Positions 1 to 8,977 of a stretch of 55,700 nucleotides of DNA are shown here, in pieces. The stretch covers positions 1 to 55,700 of the IMG/VR virus record IMGVR_UViG_3300033388_003023; one strand, 5' to 3'. The position numbers and the translations under genes were made by a program. The stretch is from a virus. Its lineage: Duplodnaviria; Caudoviricetes. How positions within the stretch are numbered: the stretch's first letter is position 1; the number at the start of each line of letters is the position of its first letter. The notes below the pieces were generated by a model. That model worked only from the letters and a program-made list of their open reading frames with translations, had not been told where the DNA came from and made no database searches.

Positions 1-114
1 ATTTGAGCTTCCGAAATTCCTTGAAGGGGTAGTGGTAGAGAAGAAATTAAAAGGACAGTTTTACTTGCCGTTAGCACCAGGCCCATACAAGATATTAATT
101 CCAGTATTCAGCTA
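1..114. repeat. Terminal direct repeat, copy 1 (circular overlap)
   Basis: Identical to 55587-55700. The terL reading frame runs through the join. Confidence 0.97.
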
Positions 115-397
115 CATGGTTCTTGGAAAATATCCCACAGCCGGAGCCAACCAGCTTATTTCAAGAGATTGGATCGACGCTGCAAGGTCAAGATGGGATG
201 CTTACGTTGCAAAATTCGGTGAAAAACCGCCAAAGGGTGTGACTTGTACAATGGGACAAGATGTGGCCGAAGAGGGGGCAGATGCAAATACTGCTTGTTT
301 TAGGTGGGGCGGATTTGTAGAAAGATTTATTGATTGGAGCAAGATTGATGTTTTGGAAACAAGGAGTAGCGCCACATATGCGCAGAATGGGCTGTAA
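2..397 (+). CDS. terL: Terminase large subunit, middle part (continues from 54748 across the circular join)
   Basis: Same frame as the 54748 ORF. Contains the first nuclease Asp motif MGQDVAEEGAD. Similarity appears to stop near 362. Confidence 0.85.
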   Translation, partial: FELPKFLEGVVVEKKLKGQFYLPLAPGPYKILIPVFSYMVLGKYPTAGANQLISRDWIDAARSRWDAYVAKFGEKPPKGVTCTMGQDVAEEGADANTACFRWGGFVERFIDWSKIDVLETRSSATYAQNGL

Positions 398-746
398 CTC
401 GTATGGTGTAAAGGTAGCAGAGCGTAACGAAAAGATATGTGAATTCGGTGAGTTTGGCATAGTCAGAGACGAAATTATGTGGGCTGTACGGGAGTGGTTG
501 AGAACAGATTCAGGGTCCATGCTCCCACCAGATGATGAATTAATCGAAGAATTAATGTGCCCAACATGGAAAACAGTTGGAAAATATGTTAAGATAATGA
601 GCAAGAATGAGAAAGACGGTATGAGAGAGCGATTGAAAAGATCGCCAGACAAGTTTGACGCTTTAGCTTTGACATTCGCGCAGGTAAAAATAAAAAAACG
701 AATTGCGCCGGTTAAAATAAAACCAGCGGATTATGTTTGGAGTTAG
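330..746 (+). CDS. terL: Terminase large subunit C-terminal nuclease fragment (shifted frame)
   Basis: GVAPHMRR...VREWLRTD...LIEEL...LKRSPDKFDALALTF is typical of a TerL C-terminus. It is out of frame with the upstream part. Confidence 0.85.
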   Translation: MIGARLMFWKQGVAPHMRRMGCNSYGVKVAERNEKICEFGEFGIVRDEIMWAVREWLRTDSGSMLPPDDELIEELMCPTWKTVGKYVKIMSKNEKDGMRERLKRSPDKFDALALTFAQVKIKKRIAPVKIKPADYVWS

Positions 747-748
747 AC

Positions 749-868
749 ATGGCAGAAACATTAGACAAGCAACAGCAGGCAGATATAGACCTTATTACCG
801 CAGAAGATGAACAGAATTCGCATGGGTTGTTAACCGAGACGCTAAACGTGACGTTGAAGATGAAATGA
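749..868 (+). CDS. Probable portal N-terminal fragment
   Basis: GGAG RBS at 739-742 and ATG at 749 (MAETLDKQQQ...). Portal-like sequence continues in another frame from about 820. Confidence 0.55.
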   Translation: MAETLDKQQQADIDLITAEDEQNSHGLLTETLNVTLKMK

Positions 869-1230
869 TAGAAGCCTTAAGAACAGTCCGGGGTAAATAT
901 GACCCAATAGTACTATCTAAAATAATTCAATTTGGCGGCTCAGATCAGTTTATCAGGATTACAGACATAAAGTGCAAGGCTATCATTGGATGGTTGCGCG
1001 ATATTCTTCTATCGCCGGGTGAGCGACCATTCGGCATCGACCCAACTCCTGTATCAGACATTAAACCTGAGGATGAGCAACAAATAGTCCAATCAATGGC
1101 AGCAAAATATAATGAGTTGATGATGCAATTCTCAGGCGTTAAGACTCCCGAAATGGATGCACAGCTCGAAGAATATGCCGAAGCAATGAAAGATGAGAAA
1201 GTCGCAGAGTGCTTGTTGATGATATCTTGA
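811..1230 (+). CDS. Portal protein, second fragment
   Basis: Frame open from 811: AWVVNRDAKRDVEDEMIEALRTVRGKYDP...GGSDQFIRITDIKCKAIIGWLRDIL...PTP, resembling Bcep22-like portal N-termini. Confidence 0.75.
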   Translation, partial: TEFAWVVNRDAKRDVEDEMIEALRTVRGKYDPIVLSKIIQFGGSDQFIRITDIKCKAIIGWLRDILLSPGERPFGIDPTPVSDIKPEDEQQIVQSMAAKYNELMMQFSGVKTPEMDAQLEEYAEAMKDEKVAECLLMIS

Positions 1231-2681
1231 CCGAGGCAAAGTTTTACAAAGAACTTGCGAAGTTCATCATTGATGTTATCCAGCTTAAAGCCGGAATAAT
1301 GGAAGGCCCTACAGTAGAGATTGAGCCAACACTTGAATGGCAAGAACAACCAGACGGAACATCAATAGCCGTTGCGGTCGACAAGGCTATAAGAAAGTAT
1401 TACAGAATTTCTCCATTCGATGTTTACCCAGCCCCTGGATCAATGACGCCAGACGAGGGCGATTTTATCATTAAGAACAGATTTACCAGAGCGCAGTTAT
1501 TGAAGTTTAAAGGCGTAAAAGGTTTTAATTCAGAAGCGATTAACTTAGTGTTAGACAGATTTGGCGATACAGGTTACATGGACTGGACATCAATTGATTC
1601 AGACCTTGCAGACACAGCAATGGATAATAAGCGAAATGAAAACAATATGAACACGATTGATTGCCTTAAATATTTTGGTTCAGTCCAAGGTTCAAAGTTG
1701 CTTGAATGGGGAATGTCTGAGCAGGAAGTACCAGACCAGTATGCAGAATATGAAATTATTGCTTATCTCGTAAATTCCATTGTAATTTCAGCAAAAATAA
1801 ACCCTCATCCGCTAAAGAAACGTGGAATTTATAAAGCGTGTTATTCAAATTCGAATGAATCGTTTTGGGGCGATGGCGTTCCTGATGTGCTACAAGACCT
1901 TCAAAAGATATGTAATGCTTGTGTTAGGGCATGGGTTGTGAATATGGGTATCGCTTCAGGCCCACAGCAATGGGTAAACACCGATGCTATGCCGAATGGC
2001 GAAGAAGAAACAACAGTCTATCCTATGAAGGTTTGGAAATTCACGACTGAAGACCTTAAGAACGGTTTACCGATGGGATGGTTTCAGCCTGAATCAAACG
2101 CATCGGAGTTAATGGCATCGTATAAGTTCTTCTTCGATCAGGCTTCGGAGATATCCGGTATTCCCCCCTATATGTCAGGCTCACCGAACGTTGGAGGCGC
2201 AGGGGATACCGCAACAGGCTTAGGAATGTTGATGGAAGCGGCAACAAAAACAATGAAAGATGTCATAGGCAGCATTGACCAAGATGTAATAGTCCCAATA
2301 GTCGAAGAAACATGGTTGTCAATTATGATGTACGAACCAGAAAAAGCCAGCGGTGACATTAAGATTACCGCAAGGGCTTCAGATTACTTAGTTCAAAAAG
2401 ATACCATGCACGCAAGGAGAAACGATTTCCTTTCCAAGACCAACAACGAAACCGATATGGCAATTATTGGGATGGAAGGCAGAGCAGAAGTATTAAGAGA
2501 ACAAGTTAAGAGCTTGAAAATGCCGGTCGATAAAATCATACCAAGGCAACAAGATTTGGAAAAGAAAGCAGAGCAGCAAAAAATGATGGCAATGGCCGAA
2601 ACAGTAGCACAAACTTTAAAAATCCCTGTAGAGGTTGTCATTCAGGCAGCACAGGGGATACCACCTGAGAAGGTGGCTTAA
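1209..2681 (+). CDS. Portal protein, main C-terminal fragment
   Basis: Follows terL. Motifs SPFDVYPAPG, FWGDGVP...NMGIASGPQ, SGIPPYMSG...TATGLGMLMEAA match podovirus portals. Confidence 0.88.
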   Translation: MLVDDILTEAKFYKELAKFIIDVIQLKAGIMEGPTVEIEPTLEWQEQPDGTSIAVAVDKAIRKYYRISPFDVYPAPGSMTPDEGDFIIKNRFTRAQLLKFKGVKGFNSEAINLVLDRFGDTGYMDWTSIDSDLADTAMDNKRNENNMNTIDCLKYFGSVQGSKLLEWGMSEQEVPDQYAEYEIIAYLVNSIVISAKINPHPLKKRGIYKACYSNSNESFWGDGVPDVLQDLQKICNACVRAWVVNMGIASGPQQWVNTDAMPNGEEETTVYPMKVWKFTTEDLKNGLPMGWFQPESNASELMASYKFFFDQASEISGIPPYMSGSPNVGGAGDTATGLGMLMEAATKTMKDVIGSIDQDVIVPIVEETWLSIMMYEPEKASGDIKITARASDYLVQKDTMHARRNDFLSKTNNETDMAIIGMEGRAEVLREQVKSLKMPVDKIIPRQQDLEKKAEQQKMMAMAETVAQTLKIPVEVVIQAAQGIPPEKVA

Positions 2682-2702
2682 TTTAAGACGGAGGTAAGAC
2701 GA

Positions 2703-3140
2703 ATGGAAATAAAACCGTTTTCAAAAAATGGTAGAGACACCGAAATGGAAAAGGCTCGGGAAATCATTAAAGATGGCAGGAGCAATAGCCTCATGGATAG
2801 CATCAGGCTACAAAACAAAATAATGGAAGAAGCAAGCGGTATTTTCCACAAAGAAGAAGTTGTCAACTGCCTTTTATGCCAAAGAAACGACGGATTGTTT
2901 TTAAGCTTATACGAGCAAAGAAATACAACGGATTATAATTTTGTTAAGAATCCATTGGAAGCCAAGAGAATAAAAGTTATGAATGAGGGTGATGATGTAA
3001 ATCTCGTGGAGAATCTTAAGCGCCCCAAAGAGCCGACATATTACTTTGAAAACTCGCACAGAGCGAGAGAATTATGGACAAAAGACTGCAAAATGGTCCC
3101 TTTTAAAATAACTATAAAGACGAAAGCGGAGGCGTTATAA
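2703..3140 (+). CDS. Hypothetical protein
   Basis: GGAGG RBS, 145-aa ORF within the operon. Confidence 0.7.
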   Translation: MEIKPFSKNGRDTEMEKAREIIKDGRSNSLMDSIRLQNKIMEEASGIFHKEEVVNCLLCQRNDGLFLSLYEQRNTTDYNFVKNPLEAKRIKVMNEGDDVNLVENLKRPKEPTYYFENSHRARELWTKDCKMVPFKITIKTKAEAL

Positions 3141-3517
3141 TGGCTAATAATCATTTAACACTCGACAAAATTGGAGTGCAGCACGACACAATGCAAGCCG
3201 CAGTAATCGCCAAATCTTCAGACAGAGTTTTCGACAGCCTGATAGAAGCGGCCAATTACATAACATGGTGTATTCAAAAAGCCATGAAGAATTTAAAGGT
3301 TGAATTACACGCCAATATGCGCCCTGAAATAGTCGAGACTATTCTCAATGCCAAAAAGATAGAAATACAGCAATACAAGAGCAATGAACATTCAGGAATT
3401 TACATTTATTGCGATACAGAATTACAGTATTTCATTTCTGATATTATCGTTCCAAAGAAGAATAAGTTCGTCATTTTTCATAAACCTAAATTTATTATTC
3501 GGACCAACGTCACATGA
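3140..3517 (+). CDS. Hypothetical protein
   Basis: Stop/start overlap with upstream gene, GGAGG RBS. Confidence 0.7.
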   Translation: MANNHLTLDKIGVQHDTMQAAVIAKSSDRVFDSLIEAANYITWCIQKAMKNLKVELHANMRPEIVETILNAKKIEIQQYKSNEHSGIYIYCDTELQYFISDIIVPKKNKFVIFHKPKFIIRTNVT

Positions 3518-3762
3518 TAAGGCAACCAAGCGATAAAAAAGAAGCATTAAACTTTTACCTGGCCCTGAATATCTTCAAGTCTTCAGAGTCAGGCAAAACA
3601 ATATTAAAACATCTTGAGTCTGAAAGAAACAGACTCCGTGATAAAAACGATAATGAAGACGAAGAGCGTAAATTTAGACAGGTACAAGGAGCAAATCAAA
3701 CACTAAGTAAACTTTTAAAAATGGTAGACACTTCAAACACAGAAGTGCAAAAGCTACGATGA
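3514..3762 (+). CDS. Small helical post-portal protein
   Basis: FKSSESGKTILKHLE...FRQVQG resembles small proteins found between podovirus portal and scaffold genes. Confidence 0.6.
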   Translation: MIRQPSDKKEALNFYLALNIFKSSESGKTILKHLESERNRLRDKNDNEDEERKFRQVQGANQTLSKLLKMVDTSNTEVQKLR

Positions 3763-3772
3763 GGAGATCAAC

Positions 3773-4405
3773 ATGAGAAAAAAGAATTGGTCGGTAGATG
3801 AAGGATTGTTTGAAAATATCACAGTCCAGGGAACCGCAGCAATAGCAGGTGCAATGACTGTCGCTGGTGGAGTAAAAACAGATGTTAACGCTACATCGGT
3901 TACAACGGCAGAACACGGAGCCGGAGCAATCGGAACAGGGGCGGCACCAGTCACGTCGAGACGGGCAGAAAACGGAACTATCATTACTGAGTTCAAGTTC
4001 GACATTACCGGACTGTATGTCCTTGGGACAGCTGCGGATGAGGTAATCGGCCTTGAAGCCGGTGGAATTGCTTATATTGGACAGAATGTTATTGCGAACA
4101 ACGGAATTATCTACAAGGCCGAGCTTGTTTGCCTTGAGACTCCGGCCGGATCAGCAACGATTACAACTGATATTGACATTGCAACGGCGGCAAGCGGAGT
4201 GCTTGAAGAGGGTGGTGATGCTACATCTGCAAGACTTATCAATGCAGGTACGAACGCAGTTGGAACGGTTGTTCAGAATTTAGTACCGGCAGTTACAGCT
4301 GATCATTATTTTTATATTGCATCAGCAGATACAGCGGCAACGACCGGGACGTACACAGCAGGTCAGTACATCCTTAGAACTTACGGACATCCGGTATTGA
4401 CATAA
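3773..4405 (+). CDS. Putative virion (head-associated) protein
   Basis: GAGGAG RBS. Ala/Gly/Thr-rich, beta-rich sequence within the head module. Confidence 0.55.
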   Translation: MRKKNWSVDEGLFENITVQGTAAIAGAMTVAGGVKTDVNATSVTTAEHGAGAIGTGAAPVTSRRAENGTIITEFKFDITGLYVLGTAADEVIGLEAGGIAYIGQNVIANNGIIYKAELVCLETPAGSATITTDIDIATAASGVLEEGGDATSARLINAGTNAVGTVVQNLVPAVTADHYFYIASADTAATTGTYTAGQYILRTYGHPVLT

Positions 4406-4412
4406 GGATAGC

Positions 4413-4529
4413 ATGGCAAAACCAGACGAAAAACCAATAAGCAACAGAGATATACTAAAGGCATTAATCAGAGGTTTAAAACACACAGTATCATTATTAG
4501 ATAAAGTGTTGAATAATAAACCTATTTAG
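4413..4529 (+). CDS. 38-aa small protein (MAKPDEKPISNRDILKALIRGLKHTVSLLDKVLNNKPI)
   Basis: Hand-translated. AAGGA RBS, amphipathic helix, below the ORF-track length cutoff. Confidence 0.55.
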   Translation: MAKPDEKPISNRDILKALIRGLKHTVSLLDKVLNNKPI

Positions 4530-4607
4530 TGTATCATTTAGCTTAAAGACAAATTACCGTACGTAAAAACGTGCAAAAGCACCTCATTACGTGCAAGCCA
4601 ACTACCT

Positions 4608-4658
4608 AAAGCCCGTTGGAGATTGTATTCTAAATACTTTCTTCAGCGGGCTTTTTTT
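4608..4658 (+). terminator. Long hairpin plus U-tract just upstream of the scaffold gene
   Basis: AAAGCCCGTTGGAGA (4608-4622) pairs with TCTTCAGCGGGCTTT (4640-4654), followed by T7. Confidence 0.7.
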
Positions 4659-4680
4659 ATTGCAAGACAGGAGAACGACG

Positions 4681-5640
4681 ATGAGTTTACCAGCAGCAGT
4701 ACAAAAACAGCAGGACGAAGCCGATAGGCTATTTAAAGAGCAGGAAGTTAAAGAAGTTGCACCGATTGAATTAGACATCGACCCGGAGCTTCTTAAAAAA
4801 GAGCCGGCAGATGTTATCGACATCGACCCGGATAATCTCAATCAGCCTGCAAAAATAGTCAAAGAAGCACCCAAGCCAGACGAAAACACGGAAAAAATAA
4901 CAAACCTTACAGCAATGAACAAGAAGCTGGACAATGAGAACCGCACCTTGAAAATCAAGAGGGGCGAGTACGAACGGGAAATTTCAGATCTTAAGGCTGA
5001 GGTTGTTGATTTAAAGGCAGTGCAAAAAGAAGTACCTGCCGTTGAACCTGTTTCTCAAAAGTTCTCACCAGATGAAAGGCAGTTGTTTGTTGACGAAGGT
5101 TTTGCACCTGAGCTTATAGATGTTTTTGAGAAGAGAGGTATTCAGCCAGCACCACAGGCCGATAACTCTCGCATTGAGACACTTGAGCAGGAATTAGTAA
5201 CAGTTAAGAAAGACTCTGCTCAGACAAAAAACGAACGGTTTTGGACAGAGCTCGATAAAGCGGCTCCTAAATGGGACTCCTTAAATGAAGACCCTGGGTT
5301 CGCTGAATTTCTTGGGACCATACCGTTAGGCTCAGACATGCCGTTAGGCCAGATAATGAAAGAAGCACAAGCAAAGTTGGACGTTCCAAAAATAGCACAG
5401 ATTTTTAATGCTTACGAACCAATTGACGGGAAGGCAGAGGAGATACCAAATGTGGAAACTCCTAATCTTGCTGACCTTGCAGCACCTAAGTCGTCTAATG
5501 CTCCGGCACCATCAGCCCAACCAGGCAAGTGGACCACTGCGCAGACAACGAAGTTTTATAATGATGTTGCAAGAAATCCCGGTAAATATACACCAGAAGC
5601 AATTTTGGGAATAGAAAAAAAGTATATCTATCCCAATTAA
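4681..5640 (+). CDS. Capsid scaffolding protein
   Basis: AGGAG RBS and ATG at 4681. Acidic coiled-coil, FWTELDKAAPKWDSLNEDPGFAEFL motif, directly before the capsid gene. Confidence 0.75.
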   Translation: MSLPAAVQKQQDEADRLFKEQEVKEVAPIELDIDPELLKKEPADVIDIDPDNLNQPAKIVKEAPKPDENTEKITNLTAMNKKLDNENRTLKIKRGEYEREISDLKAEVVDLKAVQKEVPAVEPVSQKFSPDERQLFVDEGFAPELIDVFEKRGIQPAPQADNSRIETLEQELVTVKKDSAQTKNERFWTELDKAAPKWDSLNEDPGFAEFLGTIPLGSDMPLGQIMKEAQAKLDVPKIAQIFNAYEPIDGKAEEIPNVETPNLADLAAPKSSNAPAPSAQPGKWTTAQTTKFYNDVARNPGKYTPEAILGIEKKYIYPN

Positions 5641-5652
5641 AGGGGTTTTTAA

Positions 5653-6582
5653 ATGACTTATCCAATTACACCCGGATCACCCGGAATGTCAGGAAATTAT
5701 ATTCCTGAAATATGGAGTGGTAAAACACTCGTAAAATTTTATAACAGCACTGTATTTGCGTCTATCGCTAACACAGATTACGAAAATGAGATAAAAAACA
5801 GGGGAGATAAAGTGATTATCAGGACAGTACCTGATATCGCCATCAATGAATACGTGATTGACCAAGACCTTACGTACACAAAGCCTCAGGCAGAAACCGT
5901 CGAGCTTTTAGTTGACAAAGGCTTCTATTATGCGTTCCCTGTAAATGATGTTGAAGAAAAACAGGCCGATATTAAATACGTTGAAGACTGGACAAAAGAT
6001 GCCGGTCAGCAGTTAGGTATTAGAACTGACAAACTTATTCTTTCCGATATTTACGCTGATGCCGACGCTGATAATGTTGGACTTACTGCCGGTAAAGAAT
6101 CGCACTCTTACAACATGGGTGTCACCGGAACACCGCGGGAAGTGACAAAGGTAAATATTCTTGATATCCTGACTGATGTGTCTACTATTCTTGACGAGCA
6201 GGATGGTATTCCTGATGATAATCGTTGGGCTGTTCTTCCTTCTGCATTTTGTGGCCTGATTAAAAAATCAGACTTACAGGACGCCTCGTTTTCAGGTGAT
6301 GCAAGGTCGTCTCTTAAAACAAATGGAAAATATGGTGAGCATATCAGCGGCCTTATGATCCATAAGTCAAACAACCTCACAAAGACAACTGACGGTGCCA
6401 ACACAGTATTTAACTGTGTTGCCGGTCATAAATCAGCCCTTACTTTTGCGGCTCAGTTAACTAAAAATGAGGTTGTTGATAACCAGAAAGATTTCGGTAA
6501 ACTTCAGAGAGGTCTTGAAATATTCGGTTACAACGTTCTCAAACCTACGTCCCTTGTCCATTTTTATGGATATAAAGGATAG
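5653..6582 (+). CDS. Major capsid protein (HK97 fold, P22/Bcep22-like)
   Basis: IPEIWSGKTLVKFY...ANTDYENEIKNRGDKVIIRTVP and C-terminal RGLEIFGYNVLKP signatures. Confidence 0.92.
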   Translation: MTYPITPGSPGMSGNYIPEIWSGKTLVKFYNSTVFASIANTDYENEIKNRGDKVIIRTVPDIAINEYVIDQDLTYTKPQAETVELLVDKGFYYAFPVNDVEEKQADIKYVEDWTKDAGQQLGIRTDKLILSDIYADADADNVGLTAGKESHSYNMGVTGTPREVTKVNILDILTDVSTILDEQDGIPDDNRWAVLPSAFCGLIKKSDLQDASFSGDARSSLKTNGKYGEHISGLMIHKSNNLTKTTDGANTVFNCVAGHKSALTFAAQLTKNEVVDNQKDFGKLQRGLEIFGYNVLKPTSLVHFYGYKG

Positions 6583-6588
6583 AAAAAC

Positions 6589-6614
6589 AGAGGGTGAAAT
6601 TCCCTCTTAATTTT
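6589..6614 (+). terminator. Weak terminator hairpin after capsid gene
   Basis: AGAGGG-TGAAATT-CCCTCT followed by TAATTTT. Confidence 0.45.
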
Positions 6615-6632
6615 AAATAAAGGAAAACGAAA

Positions 6633-7079
6633 ATGGCAGCAGAAACTATAGATATGACAACCGGTGGAACCGGTGGGAAGCTTCCGAATTTTATTAAGGC
6701 CGGTGTTTACAAGGTAAACCTTGATTATGCTGATTTGCTTGCAGCAAAAGGCTCTGCTCTTGAATCTGGAGATATTGCGCAGGTATTTACAATCCCCGCT
6801 GGCTGTGTTGCTGAGGCAGCGAACCTTTCACCCGTTACGGATAAGGCGATTAATGCGCTTTGCACAACCCTGACCCTTGACCTCGGTGACGCCACCAATG
6901 ACGATATGTTTGTTGATGGCTTTGACGGCGGTGGAACAACGGAAGGTGTTCCGATTATGACTGTTGAAAAGTTTTATCCTGCGGCTGACACCCTTGATGT
7001 CACGCTTGAAGTCGTTACGGGGACTCTTGTGTCTGGCCAGGTGCAGGTAGCAGTAAAGATTTATGAGCTTACTATATAG
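6633..7079 (+). CDS. Putative capsid decoration/cement protein
   Basis: Follows the MCP. Beta-sandwich-like GDIAQVFTIPAG...TLDLGD...FVDGFD. Confidence 0.6.
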   Translation: MAAETIDMTTGGTGGKLPNFIKAGVYKVNLDYADLLAAKGSALESGDIAQVFTIPAGCVAEAANLSPVTDKAINALCTTLTLDLGDATNDDMFVDGFDGGGTTEGVPIMTVEKFYPAADTLDVTLEVVTGTLVSGQVQVAVKIYELTI

Positions 7080-7154
7080 CTCTTTTTTTGACGTATAATT
7101 AAATTCCAGGGGTTTTGCTCATTACGGGCAAGACCCCAACAGGAGACGCAATTA

Positions 7155-7589
7155 ATGAAACTTAACAAGAAAGACAGATATCTTGAAAGCATTAAAAACG
7201 GTAGAATTTTCATATGGACCAAACGGCTTGCAATGCGGAATGATATGAGAGAGTTTGACCCTGAGTTCGATACCGCTGGAGAACTCGTAAGAAGAAAAGA
7301 AACGGCTGAAAGAATGGCAGACCTTGAGCGGAGGAATGCTGAACTTGAGGCAATGCTTGACAGCCAAACGGCACCAGAAAATGAAGAAACACCAGTTATT
7401 CTCGGGGGTCTTGAAGAAGACTTCGAACCAACTAACAGTAAAGTCTCAAAAGAATTTTTGATGACAAAAAGCACTGAAGAATTAAGAAAGTTTGCTTTTG
7501 ACGTTTTTGGTGAAAAGCTGAATCATCTCAAAAAAGCTGAAACACTTGTGAATGATATCCTTGATCTTCAGAAAAAAATGGAACTTTAG
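7155..7589 (+). CDS. Hypothetical protein
   Basis: AGGAG RBS. C-terminal helical hairpin reminiscent of Rho-N/HeH motifs. Confidence 0.6.
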   Translation: MKLNKKDRYLESIKNGRIFIWTKRLAMRNDMREFDPEFDTAGELVRRKETAERMADLERRNAELEAMLDSQTAPENEETPVILGGLEEDFEPTNSKVSKEFLMTKSTEELRKFAFDVFGEKLNHLKKAETLVNDILDLQKKMEL

Positions 7590-7607
7590 TCAATAGGAAT
7601 ATAATAA

Positions 7608-8246
7608 ATGCCAACTGTTGCATCTACCATTATAGCAGAAGTAGCAAGAAGATTGAACGATACGAATAACGCATCAAGGCGATGGCCTGATGCGACAATT
7701 CTATCTCAGTTGAACTTAGGTCAAAAATTGGTAGCAAGGGGATTGCCGGAAAGCTCGATGGTTAATGAATTCTTTGAGCTTTCCGCAGACTTTGAACAGA
7801 CATTACCTGTTGATGCTAAAGGGCTTACCACGATAGACTATAACGCTGGAACAGATGGGAATACAAGAGGTTTATACATAACCCGTATATCTAAGGCACA
7901 GCTTGATGATATAGACCCTGAATGGCGCAGCATGACCCCAACGGTTGAAGTGCAGCATTATTATTTTGATAGTGACAACCCTACTCTTTTCGGTGTTTAT
8001 CCCCCCAACGATGGCACGCAGCAAGTTCATATAATCTACCCGATCATTCCTCTTGATTGTGCAACTCCTGCCTCCGAAATAGCATTGAGAGACGAAGACG
8101 TTGAATCATTAACTCAAGCCACAATTTGGCACGCGTTGAGCGATAAATCAGAAAATGTAGAACTTGCGGCTATAAGAAATGAGGCCCTTCAGTATTTGCA
8201 ACTCAATGTCAAGATTCAGAAGGATGAGAAGGAGTCGGCCAAATGA
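7608..8246 (+). CDS. Head-tail adaptor protein (DUF6682-like)
   Basis: ASTIIAEVARRLND...RRWPDATILSQLNLGQ...LDDIDPEWR...FGVYPP pattern. Confidence 0.72.
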   Translation: MPTVASTIIAEVARRLNDTNNASRRWPDATILSQLNLGQKLVARGLPESSMVNEFFELSADFEQTLPVDAKGLTTIDYNAGTDGNTRGLYITRISKAQLDDIDPEWRSMTPTVEVQHYYFDSDNPTLFGVYPPNDGTQQVHIIYPIIPLDCATPASEIALRDEDVESLTQATIWHALSDKSENVELAAIRNEALQYLQLNVKIQKDEKESAK

Positions 8247-8968
8247 CATTAAATAGGTCAACTAATGAAATTAAAACCTACACCGGGCAATCGTTTATAA
8301 CTGAAACATTTGACGTAGAGAAAATTAGAAAGCGAATTAGACTTTTCACCGGGGCCCCCAAGCTTATTATTGACCAATTCCTATGGGAAGTTCTTGAAGA
8401 TTTTTGTGAAAAAACATGGATATTGCGAAAGCTATTTCAAGTAGGGGATATTATAACAGAAGTAGACAATGACTCAAAACTCTATCTTGTCGAAATTGAT
8501 TTAACAACCTACGCCGATGGCCTATTAACACATGATCTAAACGAAATAATCGTAAACGGAAAAACACACCTCATAGTAAAAGATGTTTACCTTGGCGATC
8601 CTACCGGTGACAATGACGTAACAGGAACAATAAATGACGGTGAGATACAAGACGGTTATCATTACGAAATAGTAGATGATACAACGGTCAAGATATGGCC
8701 TATGAACCTTGATGATGTTATTTTGGTCCCGATTATTTTTAAAACTTCAACGGCAGCGACTACGAACAATATCCCTTATTTAATTGAAGACTATTACAAG
8801 GAAATTGCAAGCGGTGTTATTGCAGACATAAGAGTTATGCCAAAGTACCAAGGCGATGATATGTCATACCACGAAATAAATTACAGGCGCGGGATCAGTC
8901 GTGGTAAATACCAATACGCCAAGCAATACAAAGGAAACCAAATCAAAAACACGTTCTTTGCATTATAG
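8243..8968 (+). CDS. Second adaptor-like virion protein
   Basis: EDFCEKTWILR...YYKEIASGVIADIRVMP pattern and position in the module. Confidence 0.6.
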   Translation: MTLNRSTNEIKTYTGQSFITETFDVEKIRKRIRLFTGAPKLIIDQFLWEVLEDFCEKTWILRKLFQVGDIITEVDNDSKLYLVEIDLTTYADGLLTHDLNEIIVNGKTHLIVKDVYLGDPTGDNDVTGTINDGEIQDGYHYEIVDDTTVKIWPMNLDDVILVPIIFKTSTAATTNNIPYLIEDYYKEIASGVIADIRVMPKYQGDDMSYHEINYRRGISRGKYQYAKQYKGNQIKNTFFAL

Positions 8969-8977
8969 GATTCAAGC

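Noticed and set aside
330-1230. Programmed ribosomal frameshifting or introns in terL/portal
   Set aside because: No slippery heptamer, and sequence appears missing rather than inserted.
4591-4680. Extended GTG start of the scaffold ORF
   Set aside because: It overlaps the hairpin and U-tract, whereas a clear AGGAG RBS precedes ATG 4681.
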